DNA of 64,000 nucleotides. It comes from Eledone cirrhosa (Eukaryota). Below, one piece after another: positions 34,410 through 49,683 of this stretch; the stretch's first letter is position 1, and every line of letters begins with the position of its first letter. The translations under genes and the position numbers were made by a program. The notes below the pieces were generated by a model. That model did not search any database and was not told where the DNA came from. It saw only the letters and a program-made list of their open reading frames with translations. The DNA lies in the NCBI GenBank assembly GCA_964016885.1, contig OZ024766.1:11346001-11410000 (forward strand). The letters are read 5' to 3'.

Positions 34410-34811
34410 TGTGTGTGTGAGAGAGAGAGTGTGTGTGTGAGAGAGAGAGTGTGTGTGTGTGAGAGAGAGTGTGTGTGTGTGAGAGAGGGAGAGTGTGTGA
34501 GAGAGAGTGTGTGTGAGAGAGAGAGAGTGTGTGTGTGTGAGAGAGAGAGTGTGTGTGTGAGAGAGAGTGTGTGTGTGTGTGAGAGAGAGAGTATGTGTGT
34601 ATGTGTAATAATGATGATGGTGATGGTGATGAAAATGAATGAATGAGAAAGAAGGAAAGAAACAAGAAATACGTTCGTGTTTTACTTTGTATTTATTTTT
34701 GTTTGTTATGGTTTTTAGCTAATCAATCAGTCTTATATCGATATCGATCTCGCCTCCACCCCCCACCCCTCGCTACTTATTTCTGTCTGGTACTTATATC
34801 GATCTCACCAT

Positions 34812-34878
<67 letters not shown>

Positions 34879-34928
34879 GTGTGTGTACGACAACGGTCTT
34901 CTGCATAGTTTCTGACTACCAAAGTCTT

Positions 34929-35028
<100 letters not shown>

Positions 35029-35177
35029 TATATATGGATGGTCTGGGTTGCGTAAGCCAAGTCTGGGTGTACAGGTTAGGGTGTATATATATATATATAT
35101 GTATATACACACACACACATACATATATATGTGTGTGTATATGTATATATATATATATATACACACACATACATATA

Positions 35178-35233
<56 letters not shown>

Positions 35234-35310
35234 TGTGTGTATGTATAGCACTATGTATGGGATGGCATTATGTATGAGTGTATACATATATATATATATG
35301 TATTCACATA

Positions 35311-35401
35311 CAGGGCGTCCCCCCTAAAAAAATGTATATATAATATAAATATTGCCTGTACAGGTAATCAAAGTGTATATATATTAATTTGGGACACCCT
35401 G
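35311..35401. mobile_element. Mini-MITE
   Basis: CAGGGCGTCCC...GGGACACCCTG; internal ATTGCCTGTACAGGTAATCAA is shared, inverted, with the 56925 copy. Confidence 0.7.
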
Positions 35402-35437
35402 TGTGTATATACACACACATATATATATACATATTTA

Positions 35438-35480
<43 letters not shown>

Positions 35481-35595
35481 CAACAGTCAACAGTCTGACC
35501 TGAAGATTCTAGTCTGAGAATTTACCATTTTATACATAGTTATGTATGTATGTATGTATGTATGTATATATACATACAGACATTCATATACACAC

Positions 35596-35628
<33 letters not shown>

Positions 35629-35666
35629 CACATACAGATATATATATATACATATACACATATATT

Positions 35667-35736
<70 letters not shown>

Positions 35737-36099
35737 GTAATGTTGAATAGTAGAGTCTGCTGCATCCGATGCAACAATATACACACCTATGTGTATATAT
35801 ATATATATATACACACATACATACATATATATATATATATACATACATATATATATATAAACTTATTTAATAACCTTAAATATAATAAGTTCAATATTTA
35901 ATTTAGGGCAAAAGAAACCTCCTCACATTTTCTGTCTGGAGTTTGTCAGACAGACGTGTATATATGTATATATATACATATATATACACATATATACACT
36001 TTGTTGTATTTTGGGAACGAAGAAAAAGATTTTCAAGGAGAAATTTGGATGAAAGTTGTAAAAAAGTGTATAATTATAAAAGTTCAGTGAAATTTCTAT

Positions 36100-36590
36100 C
36101 TATATACACCCATGATTAAATATCGTCTGCCAATTATGTATATATATATATGTATATATTAAACTATATACGTTACATATATACAGATGGAGCCGATGGT
36201 TGCTTAAGGCTGCTAGAAATAGCAGCCAGGGTCAACTCGCTCTCTATATATATATATGTATATATATACTATATATATATATACACCCTTGATTAAATAT
36301 CGTCTGCCAACTATGTATATATATATATATATGTATATATTAAACTATATACATTACATATATACAGATGGAACCGATGGTTGCTTAAGGCTGTTAGAAA
36401 TAGCAGCCAGTGTCAACTCTCTCTCTATATATGTATATATACTATATATATACACCCATGATTAAATATCGTCTGCCAACTATGTATATATATGTACAGA
36501 TTAAACTATATACACTACATATATATACAGATGGAACCGCTGGCTGCTTAAGGCTGCTAGAAATAGCAGCCAGGGTTCACTATATATGTA
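36100..36590. repeat. About 175-bp tandem repeat, 3 copies, each with a GGCTGCTA-GAAA-TAGCAGCC hairpin
   Basis: Hairpins at 36208-27, 36389-408 and 36552-71. Confidence 0.85.
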
Positions 36591-36966
36591 TATATATATA
36601 TTTTATAATTAGTTATAAAAGACTTAAAAGATGTTTTAATAGGAATCGTACTTGACTGTGTCGTTTAGGATGGCGACCACTGGAATCGTTTTGGGTCATA
36701 AATAAGATTTGGCCTCAATTACAGGCTGACCCGGAGCTAAACAATAATATATACACTTGTGTGTATATATATATGTATGTATATATATATGTGTGTATAT
36801 ATAGCACACACTTTGTGCGAAGTGTGTAAAACTAGGTGATGTGTGTATATACGTTTGTATGTGTAAGTATGTGTATATATATATATATATATATATACAT
36901 ATATATATACAAACATTTTAAATTCCTGCGAAGATTGTTGTTCATTTTTATCGTCTGCGTGCCAAA

Positions 36967-36999
<33 letters not shown>

Positions 37000-37270
37000 G
37001 AATGTACATTCATATATATATATATATGTGTATATATATATATGTGTATATATATATATGTGTATATATATATATATGTGTATATATATATATAAGTGTA
37101 TATATATATATATATATATGTGTATATATATAAGTGTATATATATATATATATATATATATGTGTATATATATATGTGTATATATATATATATGTGTATA
37201 TATATATATATATATAAGTGTATATATATATATATATGTGTATATATATATGTGTGTGTATATATATATA

Positions 37271-37343
<73 letters not shown>

Positions 37344-37352
37344 ATGTATATA

Positions 37353-37385
<33 letters not shown>

Positions 37386-37434
37386 GTGTGTATATATATG
37401 TGTATATATATATATATATGTGTATATATATATA

Positions 37435-37498
<64 letters not shown>

Positions 37499-37583
37499 GA
37501 AGGAACTTGTAGAAAGGTGAAATATGTTGAAATTTTCCGTGATTTGCTTCTAAAAAATGTTTTGACCGAAAACAAATATTTAC

Positions 37584-37747
<164 letters not shown>

Positions 37748-37750
37748 GTG

Positions 37751-37804
<54 letters not shown>

Positions 37805-38231
37805 TGTATATATATGTATATATATATGTATGTATGTATATATATATATATAATGTATGTGTGTATATGAAGTGGGTGGGGGGGATATATATATATATAT
37901 ATATATACACCTTATGTATATATATATTATAGAAAATATTTCAATGAAACATATAAAGAAATATACGCAGAAGATATATATATATTCATGTGTGTATATA
38001 TATATATTTGCGTGTGTTTATTAACCTTAAAAAGTAATTTTGAATTTAAATTTAGGGCAAGACCTTCTTATGTTTTTCAGTCTGGGTCGAAGTGTAGTAA
38101 TTATTGATGTATGTATGTATGTGTATATGTGTATATATATGTGTGTGTATATATGTATGTGTATATATATGTGTGTGTGTGTGTGTATATATATATATAC
38201 GTGTGTGTGTGCGCGCGTATATATATATATA

Positions 38232-38381
38232 TCATTAGAGCTTTCCAGATGATTTCTTTCCTCTGAATGAAACAGTTCTAGTCCTGTGGAAGCCATCTCT
38301 ATATTAAATGTTGTTATATATACTCTACTAATGTATTGAGTACTTTTCTTACTGAGGTTACTCCTGATTGAACCTGGGACT
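38232..38381 (+). mobile_element. Family C PLE-like fragment with a mutated hammerhead
   Basis: Colinear with 10817-10945; core CAGATGA (U4>A) and site GUG are both predicted to inactivate. Confidence 0.7.
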
Positions 38382-38761
38382 CTATCTCTCTCTCACACAC
38401 ATATATATATATATATAGAGAGAGAGAGAGGTAGATATATATATACACACGTTTGTGTGTTTTTTCAATGAAGATAATTATCTTGAAGAAAGAAATTTGG
38501 ATGAAAGTTGTAGAAAAGTCAAATATCTGAAAAGTTCAGTGAATATTCTGGCCATAAACACACCGGAGAGATGTATATATGTATACATACATACATATCT
38601 ATATACATATCTATATCTATGTTTCGTCTGACCATTTACATTATATGATATAGATGTAAATATATATACAGAAAACAGCATCCGATCGGAGTGTATAAAC
38701 TAGTAATGTGTGTATATAGATCTATATACACATATATATACACATGTTGGTGTATATATGT

Positions 38762-38799
<38 letters not shown>

Positions 38800-38897
38800 A
38801 TATGTGTGGTATATATTAACCCTAAAATTTAACCCACATTTAAAATTCCTTGTAAAGCATGTTTGCTGATCGTCTGGTTTAACCAAACACATGTATG

Positions 38898-38928
<31 letters not shown>

Positions 38929-39115
38929 ATATACAGTAGATATATATACATATATATACACACATCGAGATGAATGAAAGAGAATCTTATGAAGGAAAAC
39001 TTAGGAAGAAGTTAAATCTTTGGAAGTTTCAGTTTCGTCTTTGAATTTCAGTATGTGTATATATATATATATATGTATATGTATGTATGTATGTATATGT
39101 ATATATATGTATATA

Positions 39116-39193
39116 CAGACTGTCCCCCCAAAATGTATACACACTTCAACAGCATTCTAATACAAGTGTGTATACATTTTTGGGGACGCCTTG
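39116..39193. mobile_element. Mini-MITE
   Basis: CAGACTGTCCCCCCAAAATGTATACACACTT...AAGTGTGTATACATTTTTGGGGACGCCTTG. Confidence 0.7.
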
Positions 39194-39204
39194 TGTGTAT
39201 ATGT

Positions 39205-39264
<60 letters not shown>

Positions 39265-39386
39265 ACTTGATCTGTATCCATCCCTACAATATACACATAT
39301 ATACACTGTATATATGTGTATATATTTATATATATGTTTATGTATAAATATATGTATATATAAATATATATATATATATATGTATG

Positions 39387-39486
<100 letters not shown>

Positions 39487-39537
39487 CATACATATATATA
39501 TATATATATTTATATATACATATATTTATACATAAAC

Positions 39538-39585
<48 letters not shown>

Positions 39586-39658
39586 CATCGGAGGTGACGT
39601 CTGCTCTCTCTACTTGTCTCTCCATTTATAGACGGACGAATACGATGCTAGACACATG

Positions 39659-39700
<42 letters not shown>

Positions 39701-39787
39701 AACATATATTAGTGTACATATATAGACATGCACACACACATATATATATATACTTGGGGAGGGTCATATTGTTGTAATGTTGCCAGA

Positions 39788-39863
<76 letters not shown>

Positions 39864-39933
39864 TCATCGTCTTCAATGTCCACTCTGACCTGGTTTGACA
39901 CTGTTTGTTGCTACAGGGACACACATATAGACA

Positions 39934-39990
<57 letters not shown>

Positions 39991-40669
39991 TCATATATAC
40001 ATACATATATAGACACATATACACATACACATATATATATACACAGACGCATATACACATAGACACATATACACAAATTCATATATAGACACACACATAT
40101 ATACATACATATATAGACACATATACACATACACATATATATACACAGGCGCATATACACACAGACACATATACACAAATTCATATATACACACATATAT
40201 AGACACACACATATATACATACATATATAGACACATATACACATACACATATACACAGACGCATATACACATAGACACATATACACAAATTCATATATAC
40301 ACACATATATAGACACACACATATATACATACATATATAGACACATATACACATACACATATACACAGACGCATATACACATAGACACATATACACAAAT
40401 TCATATATACACACATATATAGACACACACATATATACATACATATATAGACACATATACACATACACACACATATATATATATACATACATATACACAC
40501 GCTCATATATATATATATATACATATACACTCATATCTATATATGTATTACATACGTACATACATATACACACACATGTGTATATGTATATGTATATGTA
40601 TATGTACACACACACGTATATATATATATATATATATATATGGAAAGTATATATATATATATATACACA

Positions 40670-41236
40670 CTCTTTCTCCTTCCTTTCTTTCGTTCTTTCT
40701 CTGACCTCCTTTGACACACTTGTCTTTTTCCCTCTCTCTCTCTTTCTTTCTCTCTGTCTTTTTCCCCCTCTCTCTCTGTTTCTTTCTCTCTGTCTTTTTC
40801 CTGTTTCTTTCTCTCTGTCTTTTTCCCTCTCTCTCTCTCTGTTTCTTTCTCTCTGTCTGTCTCTCCCTCTCGCTCTATTTATCTCTGTCTCCCTCTCTCT
40901 TTCTTCCTTTCCCCTTCTTTGTCCCTTTCTTCTCTCTCTCTCTCTCTCTCTCCTTCTCTCTCTCTCTCTCTTCCTCATTCTTTCCTTTCTTTCCACTGTC
41001 TCCCTACCTCTACCCCCTCCTCTCTATCCCTCCCTCTCCCCCTCTCTCTCTATGTCCACTCTTTGTACTATTATTAATGGTAAGGTCCTAACACAAATAT
41101 ACATACATACATGTATATATATATACATACATACATGTATATATATATACATGTATATTTATATATATATATATATATACTTTCTCATTCATTCTCATTT
41201 CTCTCTCTACCTGTCTATCTATCCAATGTCCATCCA

Positions 41237-41311
<75 letters not shown>

Positions 41312-41341
41312 ATAGATATGTCTGTCTGTCTGTCTCTCTAT

Positions 41342-41418
<77 letters not shown>

Positions 41419-41448
41419 ATAGATATGTCTGTCTGTCTGTCTCTCTAT

Positions 41449-41529
<81 letters not shown>

Positions 41530-41628
41530 CTGTCTACCCATCTGTCTGTCTGTCTGTCTCTCTATCTATATATATATCTATATCTCTGTATATATCTATA
41601 TATATATATATATCTATCTATCTATATA

Positions 41629-41702
<74 letters not shown>

Positions 41703-41740
41703 CTATATATCTATCTATCTCTCTCTATATATATCTATCT

Positions 41741-41778
<38 letters not shown>

Positions 41779-42722
41779 CTATCAATCTATGTATTTGTCC
41801 CCTTCTTTTGTGCCCCTGTGGCTAATAAAGAAACATATCTATCTACCTCTCTATATATCTATCTATCTATCTCTCTCTATATATCTATCTATCTACCTCT
41901 CTACATATCTATCTATCTACCTCTCTATCTATCTCTCTCTATATCTCTCTATCTCTCTATATATCTATCTCTCTCTCTCTATCTATATCTATCTACCTCT
42001 CTACATATCTATCTATCTACCTCTCTATATCTCTCTATCTCTCTATATATCTATCTATCTACCTCTCTACATATCTATCTATCTACCTCTCTATCTATCT
42101 CTCTCTATATCTCTCTATCTCTCTATATATCTATCTCTCTCTCTATCTATATCTATCTACCTCTCTACCTCTCTATCTATCTACCTCTCTATATCTCTCT
42201 ATCTCTCTATATATCTATCTATCTCTCTCTATATATATCTATCTCTCTCTCTATATATCTATCTACCTCTCTATATCTATCTACCTCTCTATATATCTAT
42301 TTAGCTACCTCTCTCTATATATATCTCTATCTACCTCTCTCTATATCTATCTACCTCTCTATATATCTATTTATCTACCTCTCTCTATATATATCTACCT
42401 CTCTATATATCTATTTATCTACCTCTCTCTCTATATATCTATCTACCTCTCTATATCTATCTACCTCTCTATATATCTATTTAGCTACCTCTCTCTCTAT
42501 ATATATCTCTATCTACCTCTCTCTATATCTATCTACCTCTCTATCTATATATCTACCTCTCTTTGTGCATTTGACCTGTTTTGACACAATTGTTGGAGGG
42601 ACATATCTCCCTCCCTCCATTCTCTGTCTCTCTCTCTCTCTCTCTCTTCCCCCCTCTCCTTCTCTCTTCCTCCACCTCATTCATTCTCTGTTCCACTTTC
42701 TCTAAACCCTACATTACTCATT

Positions 42723-42788
<66 letters not shown>

Positions 42789-43070
42789 GTCCTTTCTTCC
42801 ACCCTCTCTCCCCATCTCTCCCTCTATCTCTCTTAGTCCTTTCTTTTTCTCTCTCTCTCTTGACTCTTGTTCTTAGTCCTTTCTTTCTCCCCTCCCCCCC
42901 GTCTCCCTCTTGCTCTTAGTCTTTTCTTTCTCTCTCTCTTCTTCTCCCCCAGAATCTCTATCTATCTGTCTATCTATCTATCTACCTACCTACTGTCTAT
43001 CTATCTATCTGTCTATCTACCAGTGTATTACTGGTATCTATCTGTCTATATATCTACCTGTCTGTCTGTC
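40670..43070. repeat. (CT)n/(TCTA)n/(TA)n compound microsatellite field
   Basis: Direct inspection of the sequence. Confidence 0.92.
41791..41848 (+). mobile_element. Extreme 3' end of the Tx1-like LINE
   Basis: GTATTTGTCCCCTTCT...GGCTAATAAAGAAACATATCTATCTACCT matches the reverse complement of 51284-51328. Confidence 0.7.
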
Positions 43071-43209
43071 CATTCATCCATATGTACACACACATGCACA
43101 CACACACACACACACATATATATATAAAACACACACACACACATATATATATATATAAAAAACACACACATACACATATATATAAAACACACACACACAT
43201 ATATATAAA

Positions 43210-43242
<33 letters not shown>

Positions 43243-43273
43243 AAACACACACATACACATACATCTATATATA

Positions 43274-44064
43274 TCATCATCATCATCGTTTAACGTCCAC
43301 TTTCCACGCTAGCATGGGTTTAGACGGGAGTTGTCCCACGGGAAGCAAGGTTGGTCGGGTGACCGTGTCTCGCTTGTATAGGACTATCTGGCGGGTTTTC
43401 TACGGCTGGATGCCCTTCCTAACACCAACCACATTTACAGTGTGGACTGGGAGGTTTTTACCGTGTTACCTATACGGCCACATTACAGCGTGGACTGGGA
43501 GGTTTTTACCGTGTCACCTACACGGCCACATTACAGCGTGGACTGGGAGGTTTTTACCATGTTACCTACACGGCCACATTACAGCGTGGACTGGGAGGTT
43601 TTTACCGTGTCACCTACATGGCCGCATTACAGCGTGGACTGGGAGGTTTTTACCATGTCACCTACACGGCCACATTACAGCGTGGACTGGGAGGTTTTTA
43701 CCATGTCACCTACACGGCCACATTACAGCGTGGACTGGGAGGTTTTTACCATGTTACCTACACGGCCACATTTACAGTGTGGACTGGGAGGTTTTTACCA
43801 TGTTACCTATACGGCCACATTACAGCGTGGACTGGGAGGTTTTTAGCGTGTCACCTACACGGCCACATTACAGCGTGGATTGGGAGGTTTTTACCATGTT
43901 ACCTATACGGCCACATTACAGCGTGGACTGGGAGGTTTTTACCGTGTCACCTACACGGCCACATTACAGCGTGGACTGGGAGGTTTTTACCGTGTCTCCT
44001 ACACGGCCACATTACAGCGTGGACTGGGAGCTTTTTACCGTGTCTCCTACACGGCCACATTACA
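43274..44064 (-). mobile_element. RTE-derived SINE module with about 13 tandem 48-bp units (43438-44064)
   Basis: Same architecture as 2386-5532; unit variant CAGCGTGGACTGGGAGGTTTTTACCGTGTCACCTACACGGCCACATTA. Confidence 0.9.
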
Positions 44065-44384
44065 ATAAATGTATATTATAAGGCCTATCTGCCATGCGGT
44101 TAAGCTTCTGCTCTTTCAGAACTAGTATCATCTCGTTCTCTCCCTCTCCTCCTATCCTCCACCACCACTACTACTACTACTTGGTGCCCCCTTAGCCACC
44201 AACTTGGTCATCTCCCCCCCCCCCCATCTATCCCTCTCTCTCTCTCTCTTTCTCATTGTCCTGTTAACAAGGGTTGGACATGTCAATACTGAAACGAGGG
44301 GGGGGGGCACTGACGTCCCAGATAGATCAGGGGTGCCACATCTCAGTTTCATGAAGGTCCCATGTTCTACAGAGTGCATTTTAT

Positions 44385-47300
44385 CATAGCAGCAACACTA
44401 CAGATCTTGTCATGTCCTCAACACAGCTGAAGGGTCCTCTATCATGGCACCAACACTAGGGAGGTTGCCAAGCCCTCAACACAGCTGAAGGGTCCTCTAT
44501 CACGGCACCAACAGTAGGGAGGTTGCCAAGCCCTCAACACAGCTGAAGGGCCCTCTATCATGGCACCAACTCTAGGGAGGTTGCCAAGCCCTCAACACAG
44601 CTGAAGGGTCCTCTATCATGGCACCAACACTAGGGAGGTTGCCAAGCCCTCAACACAGCTGAAGGGTCCTCTATCACGGCACCAACAGTAGGGAGTTTGC
44701 CAAGCCCTCAACACAGCTGAAGGGTCCTCTATCACGGCACCAACAGTAGGGAGGTTGCCAAGCCCTCAACACAGCTGAAGGGTCCTCTATCACGGCACCA
44801 ACAGTAGGGAGGTTGCCAAGCCCTCAACACAGCTGAAGGGTCCTCTATCACGGCACCAACAGTAGGGAGTTTGCCAAGCCCTCAACACAGCTGAAGGGTC
44901 CTCTATCATGGCACCAACTCTAGGGAGGTTGCCAAGCCCTCAACACAGCTGAAGGGTCCTCTATCACGGCACCAACAGTAGGGAGGTTGCCAAGCCCTCA
45001 ACACAGCTGAAGGGTCCTCTATCACGGCACCAACAGTAGGGAGGTTGCCAAGCCCTCAACACAGCTGAAGGGTCCTCTATCACGGCACCAACAGTAGGGA
45101 GTTTGCCAAGCCCTCAACACAGCTGAAGGGTCCTCTATCATGGCACCAACAGTAGGGAGTTTGCCAAGCCCTCAACACAGCTGAAGGGTCCTCTATCACG
45201 GCACCAACAGTAGGGAGTTTGCCAAGCCCTCAACACAGCTGAAGGGTCCTCTATCATGGCACCAACAGTAGGGAGTTTGCCAAGCCCTCAACACAGCTGA
45301 AGGGTCCTCTATCACGGCACCAACAGTAGGGAGTTTGCCAAGCCCTCAACACAGCTGAAGGGTCCTCTATCATGGCACCAACAGTAGGGAGTTTGCCAAG
45401 CCCTCAACACAGCTGAAGGGTCCTCTATCACGGCACCAACAGTAGGGAGTTTGCCAAGCCCTCAACACAGCTGAAGGGTCCTCTATCACGGCACCAACAG
45501 TAGGGAGTTTGCCAAGCCCTCAACACAGCTGAAGGGTCCTCTATCACGGCACCAACAGTAGGGAGGTTGCCAAGCCCTCAACACAGCTGAAGGGTCCTCT
45601 ATCACGGCACCAACAGTAGGGAGTTTGCCAAGCCCTCAACACAGCTGAAGGGTCCTCTATCATGGCACCAACAGTAGGGAGTTTGCCAAGCCCTCAACAC
45701 AGCTGAAGGGTCCTCTATCATGGCACCAACAGTAGGGAGTTTGCCAAGCCCTCAACACAGCTGAAGGGTCCTCTATCACGGCACCAACAGTAGGGAGTTT
45801 GCCAAGCCCTCAACACAGCTGAAGGGTCCTCTATCACGGCACCAACAGTAGGGAGGTTGCCAAGCCCTCAACACAGCTGAAGGGTCCTCTATCACGGCAC
45901 CAACAGTAGGGAGTTTGCCAAGCCCTCAACACAGCTGAAGGGTCCTCTATCACGGCACCAACAGTAGGGAGTTTGCCAAGCCCTCAACACAGCTGAAGGG
46001 TCCTCTATCATGGCACCAACAGTAGGGAGTTTGCCAAGCCCTCAACACAGCTGAAGGGTCCTCTATCACGGCACCAACAGTAGGGAGGTTGCCAAGCCCT
46101 CAACACAACTGAAGGGCCCTCTATCACGGCACCAACAGTAGGGAGGTTGCCAAGCCCTCAACACAGCTGAAGGGTCCTCTATCACGGCACCAACAGTAGG
46201 GAGGTTGCCAAGCCCTCAACACAGCTGAAGGGTCCTCTATCACGGCACCAACAGTAGGGAGGTTGCCAAGCCCTCAACACAACTGAAGGGCCCTCTATCA
46301 CGGCACCAACAGTAGGGAGGTTGCCAAGCCCTCAACACAACTGAAGGGCCCTCTATCACGGCACCAACAGTAGGGAGTTTGCCAAGCCCTCAACACAGCT
46401 GAAGGGTCCTCTATCACGGCACCAACTCTAGGGAGGTTGCCAAGCCCTCAACACAACTGAAGGGCCCTCTATCATGGCACCAACGCTAGGGAGCTAGGGA
46501 AGTTGCCAAGCCCTCAACACAGCTGAAGGGTCCTCTATCATGGCACCAACTCTAGGGAGGTTGCCAAGCCCTCAACACAGCTGAAGGGTCTTCTATCATG
46601 GCACCAACTCTAGGGAGGTTGCCAAGCCCTCAACACAACTGAAGGGCCCTCTATCATGGCACCAACTCTAGGGAGGTTGCCAAGCCCTCAACACAACTGA
46701 AGGGCCCTTTATCATGGCACCAACGCTAGGGAGCTAGGGAAGTTGCCAAGCCCTCAACACAGCTGAAGGGTCCTCTATCATGGCACCAATTCTAGGGAGG
46801 TTGCCAAGCCCTCAACACAACTGAAGGGCCCTCTATCATGGCACCAACGCTAGGGAGCTAGGGAAGTTGCCAAGCCCTCAACACAGCTGAAGGGTCCTCT
46901 ATCATGGCACCAACTCTAGGGAGGTTGCCAAGCCCTCAACACAACTGAAGGGTCCTCTATCATGGCACCAACACTCGAGATCTTGTCATGTCCTCAACAT
47001 AACTGAAGGGTCTTCTATCATGGCACCAACACTAGGGAGGTTGCCAAGCCCTCAACACAGCTGAAGGGTCCTCTATCATGGCACCAACTCTAGGGAGGTT
47101 GCCAAGCCCTCAACACAACTGAAGGGCCCTTTATCATGGCACCAACACTCGAGATCTTGTCATGTCCTCAACACAACTGAAGGGTCTTCTATCATGGCAC
47201 CAACACTAGGGAGGTTGCCAAGCCCTCAACACAACTGAAGGGCCCTCTATCATGGCACCAACTCTAGGGAGGTTGCCAAGCCCTCAATACAGCTGAAGGG

Positions 47301-47428
47301 CGCTCTATCATGGCACCAACTCTAGGGAGGTTGCCAAGCCTTCAACACAGCTGAAGGGTCCTCTATCATGGCACCAACTCTAGGGAGGTTTCCAAGCCCT
47401 CAACACAGCTGAAGGGTCTTCTCAACAC
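44385..47428. repeat. 58-bp satellite, about 51 copies
   Basis: Unit CCCTCAACACAGCTGAAGGGTCCTCTATCACGGCACCAACAGTAGGGAG(G/T)TTGCCAAG. Confidence 0.97.
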
Positions 47429-47521
47429 ATTGTTTGGCAAACCTTCTACAGCTGGAGTCCCTTCCTATTATCAACCACTTTACAGTGTGTACTGGGTATA
47501 TTTATCATGTCCACCAGCACT

Positions 47522-47940
47522 CGTCGACTACTGTCGAGATGATGTTTCTCACTCTCATGCCCCAGAATCCCCTGTCCTCCATCACTGCCCCCAGGTCCTG
47601 TCTGCTGATTCCCGTATCCCTAGAGATAACGTCAGGGAATGACAGCTTCCTACTCCTAGTCAGGCTGGAGTCAGGGTTCGAGAGGAAGAGAGCGGATATG
47701 ATTTCATTGCTGGCACGGTGACAGTGGCCAGCAAATTGAGCTCTCCGGGATTTTAGAAGGGCAGAGGCTCGAGGGAGTTTGCCATAGATTTTAGACAAGG
47801 TGGGATGTCATTTCCAGGATAGATTTTTCACTCTCATTAAGAGGCGGGTATATGTGCCATCCAATCTCCTCTCAAGTTGTGATGTTAGTGTCCAAGTTTC
47901 GGATCCATAAAGTAATATGGGCTTAATGGTTGCTTGGAAT
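47522..47940 (-). mobile_element. RTE-type LINE 3' coding fragment (a different family from the intronic RTE copies)
   Basis: Minus strand reads FQATIKPILLYGSETWTLTSQLERRLDGTYTRLLMRVKNLSWK*HPTLSKIYGKLP...RRAQFAGHCHR...DTG...MEDRGFW. Confidence 0.85.
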
Positions 47941-49630
47941 ATTTATCATGTAGATCACCAACTCTAGGGAGGTTGTCATGTCCTTGACACAACTGAAGGG
48001 TCCTCTATCATAGAAGCAGCACTAGAGATTTTGTCAAGTCCTCAACACTATTGAAGGGTCCTCCCCCACCCTTTCATTATACTGGGTGTTACCATAGCAC
48101 CAACACTGTAGATCGTGTCATGTCCTCAACACAATTGAAGGGTTTTCAACCCTTTCTTTATACTGGGTGCATCCTTGACATGGCTACAGGGCCCTCTAAA
48201 ACTTTTGTTTGGTAAGCTTTCTATGGCTGGAGACCCTTGAGTGTATTGGGTGTGTTTATCATGTAGATCACCAGCCCAGGGAGGTTGTCATGTCCTTGAC
48301 ATGACTACAGGGCCCTCTCAACCCTTTGTTTGGGTAGATGTCCTTCCTATTACCAACCACTTTACAGAGTGTACTTGGTGTGTTTATCATATAGATCACC
48401 AGCCCCCGGGAGGTTATCAAGCCCTTGACACAACTGAAGAATCCTCCAAAACCTTTGTTTGCAAACTTTCTATGGCTTGATGCCCTCCATTTCACCAACA
48501 CTAGGGAGGTTGCCAAGCCCTTGATACAAATGAAGGGTCCTCTCAACCCTTGTTTGGAAAGCTTTCTACACCTTGTTGCCCTTCCTATTACCAACCACTT
48601 TACAGAGTGTACTGGGTGCATTCATTGTGTTGATCACAAAAACTAGGGAAGCTGCTGTGTCTTTGACACAACTGAAGGGGCTTCCCAAACCTCTGTTTGG
48701 CTTGATACCCTTTATATTACCAACATTAAGGAGTTCATGTCTTTGACACAACTGAAGGGTTCTCATAACCCTTTGTTTGGAAACCTTCCTACGGTTGGGG
48801 CCCCTTCCGATCATCAACCACTTTACAGAGTGTACTCCGTGTGTTTATCATGTAGATCACCAGCCCCAGGGAGGTTGCCAAGCCCTTGACACAACTGAAG
48901 AGTCCTCCTAACCCTTTCTTTCACCAGCTTTCTATAACTTGATGCCCTCCATATCACCAACACTAGGGAGGTTGCCAAGCCCTTGATACAACTGAAGGGT
49001 CCTCTCAACCCTTTGTTTGGCCAGCTTTTTATAACTTGATACCCTCCATATCACCAACACTAGGGAGGTTGCCAAGCCCCTGATACAACTGAAGGGTCCT
49101 CTCAACCCTTTGTTTGGCCAGCTTTCTATAGCTTGATGCCCTCCATATCACCAACACTAGGGAGGTTGCCAAGCCCCTGATACAACTGAAGGGTCCTCTC
49201 AACCCTTTGTTTGGCCAGCTTTCTATAACTTGATGCCCTCCATATCACCAACACTAGGGAGATTGCCAAGCCCCTGATACAACTGAGGGGTCCTCTCAAC
49301 CCTTTGTTTGGCCAGCTTTCTATAGCTTGATGCCCTTCATATCACCAACACTAGGGAGGTTGCCAAGCCCTTGATACAACTGAAGGGTCCTCTCAACCCT
49401 TTGTTTGGCCAGCTTTCTATAGCTTGATGCCCTTCATATCACCAACACTAGGGAGGTTGCCAAGCCCTTGATACAACTGAAGGGTCCTCTCAACCCTTTG
49501 TTTGGCCAGCTTTCTATAGCTTGATGCCCTTCATATCACCAACACTAGGGAGGCTGTCATGTCTTTAACACCACTGTAGGTGCTCCTCATCATTTGTTTA
49601 GCAAGCTTTCTATGGCTGGATGCCCTTCAT
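47941..49630. repeat. Degenerate SINE-like copies and a 97-bp tandem repeat (about 7 copies, 48866-49555) related to the 58-bp unit
   Basis: Unit CACTAGGGAGGTTGCCAAGCCCTTGATACAACTGAAGGGTCCTCTCAACCCTTTGTTTGGCCAGCTTTCTATAGCTTGATGCCCTCCATATCACCAA. Confidence 0.9.
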
Positions 49631-49683
49631 GCAGTTACATAATTATGGAGAACAAGTGCATGTTGTTTTATTGGTTTCTTGTT

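Noticed and set aside
35500-35525. CTGAAGA followed by a small stem (also CTGAAGA at 56712) as further hammerheads
   Set aside because: There is no correctly placed GAAA and no helix I or III.
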